Origin: Candidatus Cryptobacteroides sp.
Lineage (GTDB): Bacteria; Bacteroidota; Bacteroidia; Bacteroidales; UBA932
DNA: 64,000 bases
Direction: 5' to 3'
NCBI GenBank assembly: GCA_045531765.1
Contig: JAZSEQ010000054.1
Span: 29,520-93,519 of the forward strand
The first letter of the stretch is position 1, and each line of letters opens with the position of its first letter. The position numbers and the translations under genes are program-made. Of this stretch, positions 8,333 to 19,068 are shown piece by piece. The notes beneath the pieces were generated by a model. The model was not told the DNA's origin. It was given only the letters and a program-made list of their open reading frames with translations, and made no database searches.

Positions 8333-9496
8333 TTATTTCAGATATTCGCCAAAGAAGCTGAAGATGGTGGTCTGTTCGCGTGTTCCGCAGTGATGACCTC
8401 CTGGGAAGAACTCGGTCCGGAGCTGAGCCGAACAATCCTGTCCGGCAGTCTTGCCATAAGACGCATAATGTCCCCGCAGCTTTTCAAAGGCCACTTCCAC
8501 CTTGTCACGAGGGAAAAGATGGTCAGTCTCTCCGCTGAGGAAAAGCATCGGCTTGGGAGCCAGGAACTTTCCTATGTCACCGAAGTCCATGCAGTCGCGC
8601 ATAGGCTGGATCCTCATGGACAGGTCGGAAGCGTTATTGCCTTCATAGCCTTCAAGAGTGGTCATCCACGAAAGGGCGACTCCGCACTTTACCTCCTTGC
8701 AGAAAGCAGAAAGAAGCCAGCAGCGATGCGCTCCCATGGAGAAGCCGAAAGCTCCTATGCGTTCTTCATCAACATAAGGAAGTCCTGCAAGAAGATTCAC
8801 ACATGCAGCATCATCACGTAACATTTTTTCCGCCCATATGACGCCTTTGGCTTCAAGGTCGGCATACACCTCTCTCTGCCCCTCATAAACGATACCCTTC
8901 TGACGTTTGATGACGGCCTTCCTGATCTTCCTTTCATCTGTCTCAACATTCATGACTCCTTCCTTGACGATAGTATCCCTATCAGGGAAGAGATACGTAT
9001 CATCAAAATTCATTCTCGACCACAGTTGAGCATTATCTGTGGATCTGCTGCCCCAGTACAGAGCATCTGCAACAAGTACCACATACCCCATGCGTGCAAG
9101 CGAATCAGCCACATAGACACCGTCAAAATTGACATCAACCCACTGACGCGAAGACTTCATGACGTAGCCACCGGCACCTCCGGGAGTAACAGAGGCTATA
9201 GGCCTTACAAGTTTCTCCTTGCCGATATCGAAACGTGCGCCATGATCATGCAGCATGAGTACAGCCGGGTACACATTACCTTCAGAAGCTCCATCAGGAA
9301 CAAGCATGTAGGCCTTGATCCTCTCCGATGGTTCCACATAGAATTCCACCAGACGACACTCGTACCCGTCTCTCTGCTCCGTCACAAGCGTCTCCATTGC
9401 CGGCTCTACAGACGGCCCTACTTCAGGAACATAATGCCCGCAGGCACTCATAAGAGCACAAGCGAGCATCATCATGATATATAACATATGTCTCAT
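8333..9496 (-). CDS. Dienelactone hydrolase-family alpha/beta hydrolase lipoprotein
   Basis: Lipobox LMSAC; LHDHG, GFSMG nucleophile elbow, SGETD acid, GGHH histidine. Confidence 0.8.
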   Translation of the reverse strand: MRHMLYIMMMLACALMSACGHYVPEVGPSVEPAMETLVTEQRDGYECRLVEFYVEPSERIKAYMLVPDGASEGNVYPAVLMLHDHGARFDIGKEKLVRPIASVTPGGAGGYVMKSSRQWVDVNFDGVYVADSLARMGYVVLVADALYWGSRSTDNAQLWSRMNFDDTYLFPDRDTIVKEGVMNVETDERKIRKAVIKRQKGIVYEGQREVYADLEAKGVIWAEKMLRDDAACVNLLAGLPYVDEERIGAFGFSMGAHRCWLLSAFCKEVKCGVALSWMTTLEGYEGNNASDLSMRIQPMRDCMDFGDIGKFLAPKPMLFLSGETDHLFPRDKVEVAFEKLRGHYASYGKTAGQDCSAQLRTEFFPGGHHCGTREQTTIFSFFGEYLK

Positions 9497-9500
9497 CGGA

Positions 9501-11180
9501 TCATTCTGCCATCAGTTTCTTGTACTTGAACCTCTTCGGCTCCTCGTTTCCAAGACGGCGCTTCTTGTTCTCCTCATACTCCGAATATGTACCCTCAAAG
9601 AAATACACCTGAGAGTCTCCTTCAAATGCGAGGATATGGGTTGCTATACGGTCAAGGAACCAACGGTCGTGCGAGATCACGACTGCACATCCGGCAAAAT
9701 TCTCCAGACCTTCCTCAAGAGCTCGGATGGTATTTACATCCACGTCGTTGGTAGGCTCGTCGAGCAGAAGCACATTTCCCTCATCCTTCAATGTCAGGGC
9801 AAGGTGGAGACGGTTTCTCTCACCGCCGGAAAGTATTCCGCAAAGCTTTTCCTGATCCGCTCCAGAGAAATTGAAGCGTGATACATAAGCGCGGGCGTTC
9901 ACTTCCCTCTTGCCGAGCTTCACGAACTCGGAATTTTCCGCGATTGTCTCATAAACGGTCTTGTCAGGATCGATGCTCCGGTGCTGCTGGTCCACATAAG
10001 CCAGCTTCACAGTTTCGCCCACTGTAATCTCACCTGTGTCAGGAGTATCAAGACCCATGATAAGGCGGAAGAGCGTGGTCTTACCGGCACCATTAGGGCC
10101 AATCACACCTACTATACCCGCAGGAGGAAGGACAAAGTTCAGATTCTCATACAGAAGTTTGTCCCCATATGCCTTAGATACATTCTTGAACTCGATGACC
10201 TTATTTCCGAGTCTCGGACCGTTCGGAATGAAGATTTCCAGAGCAGCCTCCTTCTCACGGCCGTCATCAGCAGCAAGCTTCTCATATGCACCCAGACGGG
10301 CCTTGGACTTGGCATGACGCGCCTTAGGAGCCATACGCACCCACTCCAACTCCCTTTCGAGAGCCTTGCGGCGCTTGCTTTCCTGCTTTTCCTCCTGTGC
10401 AAGTCGGGTGCTCTTCTGATCCAGCCATGAAGAATAGTTACCCTTCCAAGGAATACCCTCTCCACGGTCAAGCTCAAGGATCCATCCTGCCACATTATCA
10501 AGGAAATAACGGTCGTGGGTAACAGCTATGACTGTTCCCTTGTACTGCTGAAGATGAGCCTCGAGCCACTGGATACTCTCTGTATCAAGGTGGTTGGTCG
10601 GCTCGTCAAGAAGCAGGACATCCGGCTGACGCAGAAGCAGACGGCAAAGGGCGACACGACGGCGCTCTCCACCACTGAGTGTCGAAACCTTTGCATCAGA
10701 AGGTGGACACTGGAGTGCATCCATCGCCCTTTCAAGCTTGGAGTCGATTTCCCAGCCTCCGCAATTCTCTATCTTCTCGGTAAGTTCACCCTGGCGCTCG
10801 ATAAGGGCAGCCATCTCGTCATCCGACATTGGTTCGCAGAACTTCATGTTCACCTCTTCATACTCCTTGAGGATATCCATCACCTCCTGCACACCTTCCT
10901 GAACCACTTCTATCACAGTCTTGTCCGGGTCCATCTGTGGCTCCTGCTCAAGATATCCCACAGAGTATCCCGGTGCCCACACGACTTCGCCCTGATATCC
11001 GGTCTCGATACCCGCGATAATCTTCATCAAGGTGGATTTACCGGATCCGTTAAGACCTACAATGCCGATTTTGGCACCATAAAAGAAGGACAGGTAGATA
11101 TCCTTCAGTATCACTCTATTGTTGTGAGGGAGGATCTTACCAACCCCATTCATCGAAAAAATAATCTTCTCGTCTGCCAT
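9501..11180 (-). CDS. ettA: Energy-dependent translational throttle ABC-F ATPase
   Basis: Two ABC domains (GLNGSGKST, LSGGERRR, GPNGAGKTT), SFFYGAKIG, ELEWVRMAPKAR. Confidence 0.95.
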   Translation of the reverse strand: MADEKIIFSMNGVGKILPHNNRVILKDIYLSFFYGAKIGIVGLNGSGKSTLMKIIAGIETGYQGEVVWAPGYSVGYLEQEPQMDPDKTVIEVVQEGVQEVMDILKEYEEVNMKFCEPMSDDEMAALIERQGELTEKIENCGGWEIDSKLERAMDALQCPPSDAKVSTLSGGERRRVALCRLLLRQPDVLLLDEPTNHLDTESIQWLEAHLQQYKGTVIAVTHDRYFLDNVAGWILELDRGEGIPWKGNYSSWLDQKSTRLAQEEKQESKRRKALERELEWVRMAPKARHAKSKARLGAYEKLAADDGREKEAALEIFIPNGPRLGNKVIEFKNVSKAYGDKLLYENLNFVLPPAGIVGVIGPNGAGKTTLFRLIMGLDTPDTGEITVGETVKLAYVDQQHRSIDPDKTVYETIAENSEFVKLGKREVNARAYVSRFNFSGADQEKLCGILSGGERNRLHLALTLKDEGNVLLLDEPTNDVDVNTIRALEEGLENFAGCAVVISHDRWFLDRIATHILAFEGDSQVYFFEGTYSEYEENKKRRLGNEEPKRFKYKKLMAE

Positions 11181-11228
11181 ATATGTCAATTTTCCGCAAA
11201 TATAATCTTAGCCAAGCGATTCCACAAC

Positions 11229-12347
11229 TTATTTTCTTTGTTTGATGATCCTGTTCTTCTCCTTTTTGCACCATTCGCTTGGAGTCTCCCCCATGAACAG
11301 CCGGAATGCCATATTGTACGACACCATGGAATTGAAGCCGCACTGACCCGACAGTTCCAGAACCTTGAGTTCAGGATTCGCACGGAAGAGTTCCATCGAG
11401 TATATCACTCTGTAATAATTTACGAATTGACAGAAATTGCGCCCGGTAAAATGGCTTATCGCCTTTGAGATATATAACTTATTGGAATAGAGCACCTTCA
11501 CAAGGTCATTGATCGTAAGGTCTCCATTCAGATAGGGCTTTTCACTTTCAAATAGCGCCACGATTCTGTCATATATGTCGCGGTAGAGATAATCATCCCT
11601 CCCGGAATCGCTTGAAACCTCTATCTGTGACACCTTAAGAGACTCCACTATCCTGCGCTCGTGCCTATGAAGCAGGACGAAAGCAGAATCGCTGATTATC
11701 CTGAAGGACATGGAGGCAATCGTCGCTGCATATAGAAAAGAGAGGACAAGCGCAGGAACAGCATCAAACCCGCCCAGACAGACATCGAATATAATATAAA
11801 GTACAGTCTCTACAACTACGGAAGCAAGATATATGACATCCACACACAGACACATGCCCACCCACACGGTACCCGACTTCATCACAGCACGCACTGTCCT
11901 GATCCTCAGCCATATGCCCGAGATCACAATCAGGCACATCACGATGGTAAGAACGGATACAAGTACAGGAACAGTCCTATGAGTCAGAAGTGCAGGCAGG
12001 CCGAGACTGTTCAGCACATAATATATAGCCAGGAGAGCCTGCACAGACATGACCGATACCATAATCACAAAGCCCCGGCCGAAAGTCCACAGTGATGAAG
12101 TCAGCACACTCAGCGAGACAATGCCCAATGACAGATCCAGAATCATCCGGCGTCCGATGTCTCCTCCATTGGACATATCGCACACAATAGTGAGCGCAAC
12201 AGCGGCAAGAAGCCATGGCAGCAATCTCGTCCTCTCATCCGCCAGTTCCCTATATCTTATGTTGCGCACAATCTGACAGACAGCAGTGAAAACGATTCCA
12301 ACAACGACAGTAACTGCCATCACCATCTCAATATTCTTCATATTCAA
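11229..12347 (-). CDS. Membrane-bound AraC-family transcriptional regulator
   Basis: Multiple hydrophobic helices followed by an AraC HTH (KPYLNGDLTI, NFCQFVNYYRV, CGFNS, GETPSEW). Confidence 0.8.
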   Translation of the reverse strand: MNMKNIEMVMAVTVVVGIVFTAVCQIVRNIRYRELADERTRLLPWLLAAVALTIVCDMSNGGDIGRRMILDLSLGIVSLSVLTSSLWTFGRGFVIMVSVMSVQALLAIYYVLNSLGLPALLTHRTVPVLVSVLTIVMCLIVISGIWLRIRTVRAVMKSGTVWVGMCLCVDVIYLASVVVETVLYIIFDVCLGGFDAVPALVLSFLYAATIASMSFRIISDSAFVLLHRHERRIVESLKVSQIEVSSDSGRDDYLYRDIYDRIVALFESEKPYLNGDLTINDLVKVLYSNKLYISKAISHFTGRNFCQFVNYYRVIYSMELFRANPELKVLELSGQCGFNSMVSYNMAFRLFMGETPSEWCKKEKNRIIKQRK

Positions 12348-12380
12348 ACAATTTTCATATCACACAAAAATATACAAAAT

Positions 12381-12409
12381 GCCCCCTTCTGAGAACATCA
12401 GAAGAGGGC
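12381..12409 (-). terminator. Hairpin downstream of the yitT pair, possible terminator
   Basis: GCCCCCTTCTGA-GAACA-TCAGAAGAGGGC, followed on the minus strand by ATTTTG. Confidence 0.5.
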
Positions 12410-12487
12410 CCGACGCAAATGTTTTTCTTTTTTTTATAACTTTTTCTTTTTTTTATAATTCATTTCGCCACGCTTCAGGTATAACCG

Positions 12488-13423
12488 CTATTTTGATTTG
12501 ATTTTAATGGTGTCGAATCCCTGTCCATAGACTCCCATCACTGAAGAAACAGAGAGGAAAGCGTCCGGATCGATCGTCTTGACATACCTCAAGAGAAGAT
12601 TCAGGTCAGTTTTCCTGGTCACTACCATCAGCACATGCTTGTCCTCCTTGGAATACCAGCCCTTGGCAGGAAGCACTGTGACTCCCCTCTTCATGTCGAA
12701 AGCAATGGCATCCGCCATCTCCTGGACCTTCTTCGTGAAGATGAAGGCTTGCACGGATTGTTTCGAGCCGGACAGATAGAGGTCTATGGCATATCCGCTC
12801 ACGGTCACCTGAATAAGACCATATACTACAACAGCAAGTTTCTCCGTCAGAGGCAGAAGTTCACCGGCTTCAGTATATGAAGGGAAAAGCAGAGATGAAA
12901 TGATGATACCTACATCTATGATGAGGATGACCCTTCCGGGAGAGGCCGAATGGAACTTGCACCACAGAAGTGCTATAATGTCAGTTCCTCCTGTACTGCC
13001 ACCCTGGGAAATAGACAGGCCGATACCGACTCCTGCAATGATTCCTCCCAGGAATGTACATATGAGCTTTCCGTTTGACAAGGCGAACTCATGGATAAAG
13101 TCAGCAGGAATTATCTTAGGCATCACGGCAAGCATGATCGATGTCATGAAGATTGCATATATGGTCTTTCCGCCGAAGCCCGTGCCCAATATCCTGGTAC
13201 CTATCATCAGAAGGATTATATTGATTATGAAATAGGTAATGCCCATAGGAAGACCCGTGGCATAAAACAGGATAGAAGCGAATCCCGACACACCTCCACC
13301 GATGAGATTATTAGGCAGGAGGAATATTGTCCATCCCAATGCATATGAAACCACACCCAAGGTCACAAAAGCATATTCCTTGAACCAGGTGCGCCATGAA
13401 AACTGTAAAATCTTGTCACTCAT
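12488..13423 (-). CDS. YitT-family membrane protein
   Basis: FLLPNNLIGGGVSG, GGSTGGTDIIA, C-terminal RGVT..GWYS..DPDAF DUF2179 domain. Confidence 0.9.
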   Translation of the reverse strand: MSDKILQFSWRTWFKEYAFVTLGVVSYALGWTIFLLPNNLIGGGVSGFASILFYATGLPMGITYFIINIILLMIGTRILGTGFGGKTIYAIFMTSIMLAVMPKIIPADFIHEFALSNGKLICTFLGGIIAGVGIGLSISQGGSTGGTDIIALLWCKFHSASPGRVILIIDVGIIISSLLFPSYTEAGELLPLTEKLAVVVYGLIQVTVSGYAIDLYLSGSKQSVQAFIFTKKVQEMADAIAFDMKRGVTVLPAKGWYSKEDKHVLMVVTRKTDLNLLLRYVKTIDPDAFLSVSSVMGVYGQGFDTIKIKSK

Positions 13424-14330
13424 TTATCTTTTCCTCCAACTTATTGTCTTTCCGTATCTTCAATCCGGTCTTGATCTCTTCAAATCCTTCTCCGTACACA
13501 CTCATAGCCGTGGACACGGAGACAAACGCACGCTTATCTATCTTCTTGATTTCATTGACCACTTCGTTCATCTGGTACTTTCTGGATACTATCAGAAGTA
13601 CCTTGCTTTCCTTTTGAGAATACCATCCGACAGACTGCAGAGCCGTAACGCCACGATTCACATTGTTGATTATGTGATTCGCTATTTCTTCATACTTGGA
13701 AGAAAACACAAGGATCTGGACAGATGACTTGTTTCCCAGCAGGACGAAATCCACGCCGAACGAGAATCCCAGCATCACGACATACGCATATATCATATCC
13801 ACAAGTCCTTTGCCCGGGACGAACAGAAGGCTGGCTATGATGAATATGTCAGTGAAAAGATATACCCTGCCTGGAGAAACCGGCCAATACTTATTGATCA
13901 TCATGGCGATGATATCCGTACCTCCGGAACTGCCTCCACGAAGAAGTACCAGGCCCAGGCCCACTGACTCAAGGGCGGCACCGACAAGAGCAACCAGGAA
14001 CTTCTCCTCCATCAGGACTTCAAGCTGAGGGAAATCCGGAAGCACTTCAAAGAAAAGCGAAGTCAGAGCTATGACGAAGATGGTCTTGACGCCGAACGCC
14101 TTACCCAGGGTAAGAAATCCCAGTATAAGAAGGGCGACATTGATAATCGGATATGTCCAACCCACAGGTATGCCTGTGCCATACTGGATAATGGTACACA
14201 GACCGGTGAGTCCACCGCTGGCAAGCCCGTTCGGAATGAGGAACGACGTCCATGCCATGCAGAAGATAAGAGAGCCGACCGCCATCAGGAAATAATCCCA
14301 GACCGTTGCCAGTATCTTATTGAATCTCAT
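13416..14330 (-). CDS. YitT-family membrane protein (tandem paralogue)
   Basis: FLIPNGLASGGLTG, GGSSGGTDIIA, RGVT..GWYS, VYGEGF. Confidence 0.9.
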   Translation of the reverse strand: MRFNKILATVWDYFLMAVGSLIFCMAWTSFLIPNGLASGGLTGLCTIIQYGTGIPVGWTYPIINVALLILGFLTLGKAFGVKTIFVIALTSLFFEVLPDFPQLEVLMEEKFLVALVGAALESVGLGLVLLRGGSSGGTDIIAMMINKYWPVSPGRVYLFTDIFIIASLLFVPGKGLVDMIYAYVVMLGFSFGVDFVLLGNKSSVQILVFSSKYEEIANHIINNVNRGVTALQSVGWYSQKESKVLLIVSRKYQMNEVVNEIKKIDKRAFVSVSTAMSVYGEGFEEIKTGLKIRKDNKLEEKINE

Positions 14331-14334
14331 AGAT

Positions 14335-17100
14335 TTACTTTACCACGATGTTTACAATCTTTCCTGGCACTACAATCACTTTCACAATATTGCCCCCTGC
14401 AACATATCTGGCAGTGTTCTCAAGCCCACGCACATGGGCATCCACGTCCTCGCGGGACATGTCCACCGGCAGATCGACGGTAAAGCGCATCTTGCCGTTG
14501 AATGACACGGCATATGTGCATGTGTTCTCGACCGTATAAGCCTCTATGTACTCAGGGAAGGATGCATATGTGATGGTACTGTCATGCCCGAGTGCCTGCC
14601 AGAGTTCCTCTGCGATATGAGGAGCAAAAGGAGAAAGCAATATGACAAGAGGCTCGAGGATCTCACGTTTATTGCATTTAAGGTCATAAAGCTCGTTCAC
14701 AGCAATCATGAATGCACTCACTGCCGTATTGAATGAGAAGGCCTCGATATCCGCACGTACCTTTCCTATCAGCTTATGAAGGGCCTTGAGCTCTTCCGGA
14801 GAGGCCTTTTCATCAGTAACGATGAATCCGTCACGGTCATAAAACATTCTCCATACCCTCTTCAGAAAACGGTTCACGCCGTCGATACCCTTCGTATCCC
14901 AAGGTTTCGACTGCTCGAGAGGTCCGAGGAACATTTCATAAAGTCTCAAGGTATCCGCTCCGTAGGTGTCGCATATCATGTCCGGATTCACCACATTGAA
15001 CATCGATTTCGACATCTTCTCGATCGCCCATCCACAGATATATTCCCCATTCTCGAGAATGAATTCTGCATCTGCATAATCAGGCATCCAGTTGCGGAAA
15101 GCATCGATATCAAGACGGTCGTTGTATACGATATTCACATCCACATGAATCTCGGTCGTCTCATACTGATCCTTCAAGCCATAGGAGACGAAGGTGTTTG
15201 TATTGATGATTCTATATACGAAATTAGAACGGCCCTGGATCATGCCCTGGTTTATTAGTTTCCTGAAAGGTTCCTTCTCACAGACATAACCCAGGTCGAA
15301 GAGGAACTTGTTCCAGAAACGTGAATATATAAGATGGCCTGTAGCATGCTCGGTACCACCGATATACAGGTCTACATCCCTCCAGTATTCATCGGCCTCA
15401 CGTCCGACCAGAGCTTCATCGTTATGAGGATCCATATAGCGGAGATAATAGGCGCTGCTGCCTGCAAATCCAGGCATTGTGCTGAGCTCGATAGGACAGC
15501 CATCATACGTCCAGTCCGCCGCACGTCCTAAAGGCGGCTCACCCGACTCCGTAGGAAGGAATTTATCCACTTCAGGAAGTTCGAGAGGCAGGTCCTTGAG
15601 GTCCATAGGAGTGGCGATTCCATCCTTGAAATACATAGGGAACGGCTCTCCCCAATATCTCTGACGCGAGAAGATGGCGTCACGCAGACGGTAATTGACC
15701 TTCCTTCGTCCTATTCCATGCCTTTCAACATATTCAATCGCAGCAGGTATGGCTTCCTTCACCGTCATTCCATTCAGGAAGCCCGAGTTGCACATGATGC
15801 CTTCCTTGGCATCAAAGCTGGACTCGCTGACGTCACAACCCTCGATGAGAGGTATTATCGGCAGGTTGAATGTCCTTGCGAATGCATAATCGCGGCTGTC
15901 ATGGGCAGGCACAGCCATTATGGCTCCTGTTCCATAACCGGCAAGCACATATTCTGAGATCCACACAGGGACCTTGTCACCGGTAAGAGGATTCACGGCA
16001 TACGAGCCCGAGAACACTCCGGTAACCTTCCTTGTCTCAGTCATCCTCTCACGCTCCGTCTTCTTCTTTGCCTGAAGGAGATACTCCTCCACAGCTTCCT
16101 TCTGCTGTGCAGTAGTGAGTTTCTCCACCCACTCGCTTTCAGGAGCAAGCACCATGAAAGTCACGCCGAATACAGTATCCGCACGTGTGGTGAAGATCGT
16201 CATGTCATACTCCCGGGAGCCGTCTGAAACCTTGAACACCATTTCCGCGCCCTGGCTCTTTCCGATCCAGTTGCGCTGCATATCCTTGAGAGAATCAGTC
16301 CAGTCCAGGTCCTCGAGATCTTCGAGAAGGCGTCCTGCATAAGCGGACACCCGAAGCTGCCACTGGGTCATCTTCTTCTGCTCCACAGGATGTCCTCCAC
16401 GTACGGAATAACCTTCCTTCACCTCGTCATTTGCGAGGACAGTACCAAGGGCCGGACACCAGTTCACGGATGTTTCTCCCTGATATGCAATACGATACTG
16501 CATCAGTATATCTGACTTTTCCTTTGCAGAGAATCCAGCCCACTGCTCAGCTGTGAAAGGCTTGACATCACCGCAGGCCGCATCAACAGCAGCACTTCCT
16601 CCCTCGGCAAAGGCAGCCTCAAGTTCAGAAACCGGACGAGCCTTCTGCCTTACGTTGTCATACCAGCTTCCGAACATCTGAAGGAAAGCCCACTGGGTCC
16701 ACTTGTAATAGTCAGGGTCGCATGTACGCACCTCACGAGACCAGTCATAGGAGAAACCTATCCTGTCCATCTGCTCGCGATAGCGTGCTATATTCTTTTC
16801 AGTAGTCACAGCAGGATGCTGACCGGTCTGGATCGCATACTGCTCTGCAGGAAGTCCGAATGCGTCATATCCCATCGGATGAAGCACATTGAATCCGCAA
16901 AGACGCTTGTATCTGCTATATATGTCACTCGCAATATATCCTAGAGGATGGCCGACATGAAGACCTGCACCGGATGGATAAGGGAACATGTCAAGCACAT
17001 AGTACTTCGGCTTTGAACTGTCTGTTTCAGCCTTGAATGTCTGATTGGCAGCCCAGAAAGACTGCCACTTTCTTTCAATCTCCTTAAAATTGTAATCCAT
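14335..17100 (-). CDS. leuS: Leucine--tRNA ligase
   Basis: [16 protein letters not shown] (HIGH motif), KMSKS, editing domain [12 protein letters not shown]; start set to MDYNF. Confidence 0.98.
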   Translation of the reverse strand: MDYNFKEIERKWQSFWAANQTFKAETDSSKPKYYVLDMFPYPSGAGLHVGHPLGYIASDIYSRYKRLCGFNVLHPMGYDAFGLPAEQYAIQTGQHPAVTTEKNIARYREQMDRIGFSYDWSREVRTCDPDYYKWTQWAFLQMFGSWYDNVRQKARPVSELEAAFAEGGSAAVDAACGDVKPFTAEQWAGFSAKEKSDILMQYRIAYQGETSVNWCPALGTVLANDEVKEGYSVRGGHPVEQKKMTQWQLRVSAYAGRLLEDLEDLDWTDSLKDMQRNWIGKSQGAEMVFKVSDGSREYDMTIFTTRADTVFGVTFMVLAPESEWVEKLTTAQQKEAVEEYLLQAKKKTERERMTETRKVTGVFSGSYAVNPLTGDKVPVWISEYVLAGYGTGAIMAVPAHDSRDYAFARTFNLPIIPLIEGCDVSESSFDAKEGIMCNSGFLNGMTVKEAIPAAIEYVERHGIGRRKVNYRLRDAIFSRQRYWGEPFPMYFKDGIATPMDLKDLPLELPEVDKFLPTESGEPPLGRAADWTYDGCPIELSTMPGFAGSSAYYLRYMDPHNDEALVGREADEYWRDVDLYIGGTEHATGHLIYSRFWNKFLFDLGYVCEKEPFRKLINQGMIQGRSNFVYRIINTNTFVSYGLKDQYETTEIHVDVNIVYNDRLDIDAFRNWMPDYADAEFILENGEYICGWAIEKMSKSMFNVVNPDMICDTYGADTLRLYEMFLGPLEQSKPWDTKGIDGVNRFLKRVWRMFYDRDGFIVTDEKASPEELKALHKLIGKVRADIEAFSFNTAVSAFMIAVNELYDLKCNKREILEPLVILLSPFAPHIAEELWQALGHDSTITYASFPEYIEAYTVENTCTYAVSFNGKMRFTVDLPVDMSREDVDAHVRGLENTARYVAGGNIVKVIVVPGKIVNIVVK

Positions 17101-17116
17101 AGGTATATTATGTAAA

Positions 17117-18463
17117 TTATTTCTTTCTCTCAAGACGGAACTCCACCGGTATGGTCAGAGACACCTTCACCTTTTTACCATCCACCATTCCAGGGGTCCA
17201 TTTCGGAGAAGCCGCCACTACCTTTACGGCCTCTGCATCAAGTTCTTCTGAAACTCCCCTTATGACCTTCACATCGACAACCTTACCGTCTGCTCCTATA
17301 ACCATCCCGACCTGCACGGTGCCCTGAATGCCCTCAGATACGGCAGCCTCAGGATACTTCAGATATCTGTAGACCCACTGCGAGATGAAGCTCTTCGGAT
17401 CTGCGCTTCCGAAAAACATCGGACGGCGGTCACATTCATAGAAGGAAACGATATCTTCCGAGGATGATTCCTTCTCCACAGCCACGCCCGGCCTGAATGC
17501 CGGAGGATTCTGGATGTTGGCCAGTGCCTCCACACAATTGAATATATACTCGAGCTCCCGTTCCATTGTCTCATAGTCGATGATGGACTGTGTGTCCCGT
17601 TCCGTGTCATGTTCCGGATAACGGCCTGTGGTAAAGAACACGGAAGGAATCTCGGATGCATAGAAAGACCTGTGATCGGAAGGATATGGCTCGGCAGCCG
17701 TCACTTCAGGCAGTATCGGCTGAAGATTTCCGGTGAGCATACGCAGGACCGTATTCATGTCGGTATTTGAGGAGGTGTAGGCATAGAAGCCATTATAGCC
17801 CGTCCCGAGCATATCCAGATTTACCATGGCATCTATCTTGTCCGGAGCCGGAAAGGAACGGTTAAGGAAGTACCACGAACCTGCAAATGATTCACATGAA
17901 GAGCCGAAGGCGACAAAAATTACGGAACGGCGGAAAAGGATGGAATTTGTGCTTACCATCCTGGCAAGTTCGAGCAGCATGGACACTCCGGAAGCATTGC
18001 CATTGGCACCCGTGAAGATCCTCTCCACAGGACGGCCATCAACAGTCAGGGTCATGCTGCCGAGATTGTCCATCCTCGCTCCCACGACCACATAGCTTTC
18101 CTTAAGTTTCCTGTCATATCCGGAGACGAAACCCACGACATTCCGGGATGTCAGCGTGTCACCGTTTTCTGTCCTGATTCCGAACACATCTCCACCGGAA
18201 GGAGACAGCAGGTCCACACCATATTCCCTGAATACCGATTCGACATATGCGGCAGCGGCCTTCTCACCTTCACTTCCGGCCTTGCGGCCTTCCAGAGAAG
18301 CTGCGGACAGCTCAGTGACATGACCTCTCATTGCCGCTACTGTCTCACTGTCATAAAGAGACTCATATGCAGCACCGCCGTCACGATACTGGGAATACGA
18401 AGGAACCGCTGCAGAGATCAGCAGCAGAATGTATATCCACTTACCCTTCATCAGCTTATTCAT
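17117..18463 (-). CDS. Secreted M28 peptidase-like domain (degenerate active site) fused to a TonB C-terminal domain
   Basis: M28 scaffold (NVVG, NASG, NLDMLG, SDH) plus TonB_C ([31 protein letters not shown]). Confidence 0.8.
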   Translation of the reverse strand: MNKLMKGKWIYILLLISAAVPSYSQYRDGGAAYESLYDSETVAAMRGHVTELSAASLEGRKAGSEGEKAAAAYVESVFREYGVDLLSPSGGDVFGIRTENGDTLTSRNVVGFVSGYDRKLKESYVVVGARMDNLGSMTLTVDGRPVERIFTGANGNASGVSMLLELARMVSTNSILFRRSVIFVAFGSSCESFAGSWYFLNRSFPAPDKIDAMVNLDMLGTGYNGFYAYTSSNTDMNTVLRMLTGNLQPILPEVTAAEPYPSDHRSFYASEIPSVFFTTGRYPEHDTERDTQSIIDYETMERELEYIFNCVEALANIQNPPAFRPGVAVEKESSSEDIVSFYECDRRPMFFGSADPKSFISQWVYRYLKYPEAAVSEGIQGTVQVGMVIGADGKVVDVKVIRGVSEELDAEAVKVVAASPKWTPGMVDGKKVKVSLTIPVEFRLERKK

Positions 18464-18971
18464 TGAGCAGGATCCACACATCTGAAGGACAGAACGTCTC
18501 CTTCTTCACCTCCTTCAGGGCAGCCATCGCATCCTTAAGACAGTTTACAGGGCACAGCCCCACAGCCACCATACCATTACGGAAACTTATCAGGGCCGGT
18601 GCATAACCTCGGTCAGCGGCCTTGACAAGCAGCGCCTCGGCATTGGAACGGGATCTGAAAGACCCGACTATGATGTAGTAGCGTGCATCCAGCTTCGTGG
18701 CAAACAGGCCTCCCAGCTTTGCAGGATTAAGGATTGTACCTCCATACTGACGGATGGAATCCAGGGCTGCGAGAGAATCCCTCATGACCTGTTCAGCCAC
18801 CTTCATGGAATCCAGTCTGGCCTGTATAGCAGCCTCTTCGGCACGCAATATTTCCAACCTTCGCGCTTCGATCTCGGCGCTTGTAGGGCGACCGGCCAAA
18901 GTCCTGAAGAAATCACATCCTGTAAATGTCAGCATTGATGCTGCCAGCAGCAGTATAATCGAGCGTTTCAT
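18456..18971 (-). CDS. SPOR-domain lipoprotein
   Basis: Lipobox FTGC, coiled coil, C-terminal YYIIVGSFRSRSNA...DVWIL SPOR motif. Confidence 0.8.
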   Translation of the reverse strand: MKRSIILLLAASMLTFTGCDFFRTLAGRPTSAEIEARRLEILRAEEAAIQARLDSMKVAEQVMRDSLAALDSIRQYGGTILNPAKLGGLFATKLDARYYIIVGSFRSRSNAEALLVKAADRGYAPALISFRNGMVAVGLCPVNCLKDAMAALKEVKKETFCPSDVWILLNE

Positions 18972-19068
18972 GATCAGCTGTATTATTCGCATATTCCGCA
19001 AATTTAACGAATAAATGGTCCTTGACAAAAAATTCTTGATATATTTGTAACATTAAAAGGCAATAATC

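Noticed and set aside
8327-8821. 164-aa plus-strand ORF
   Set aside because: Antisense to the dienelactone hydrolase gene, which has a full catalytic triad.
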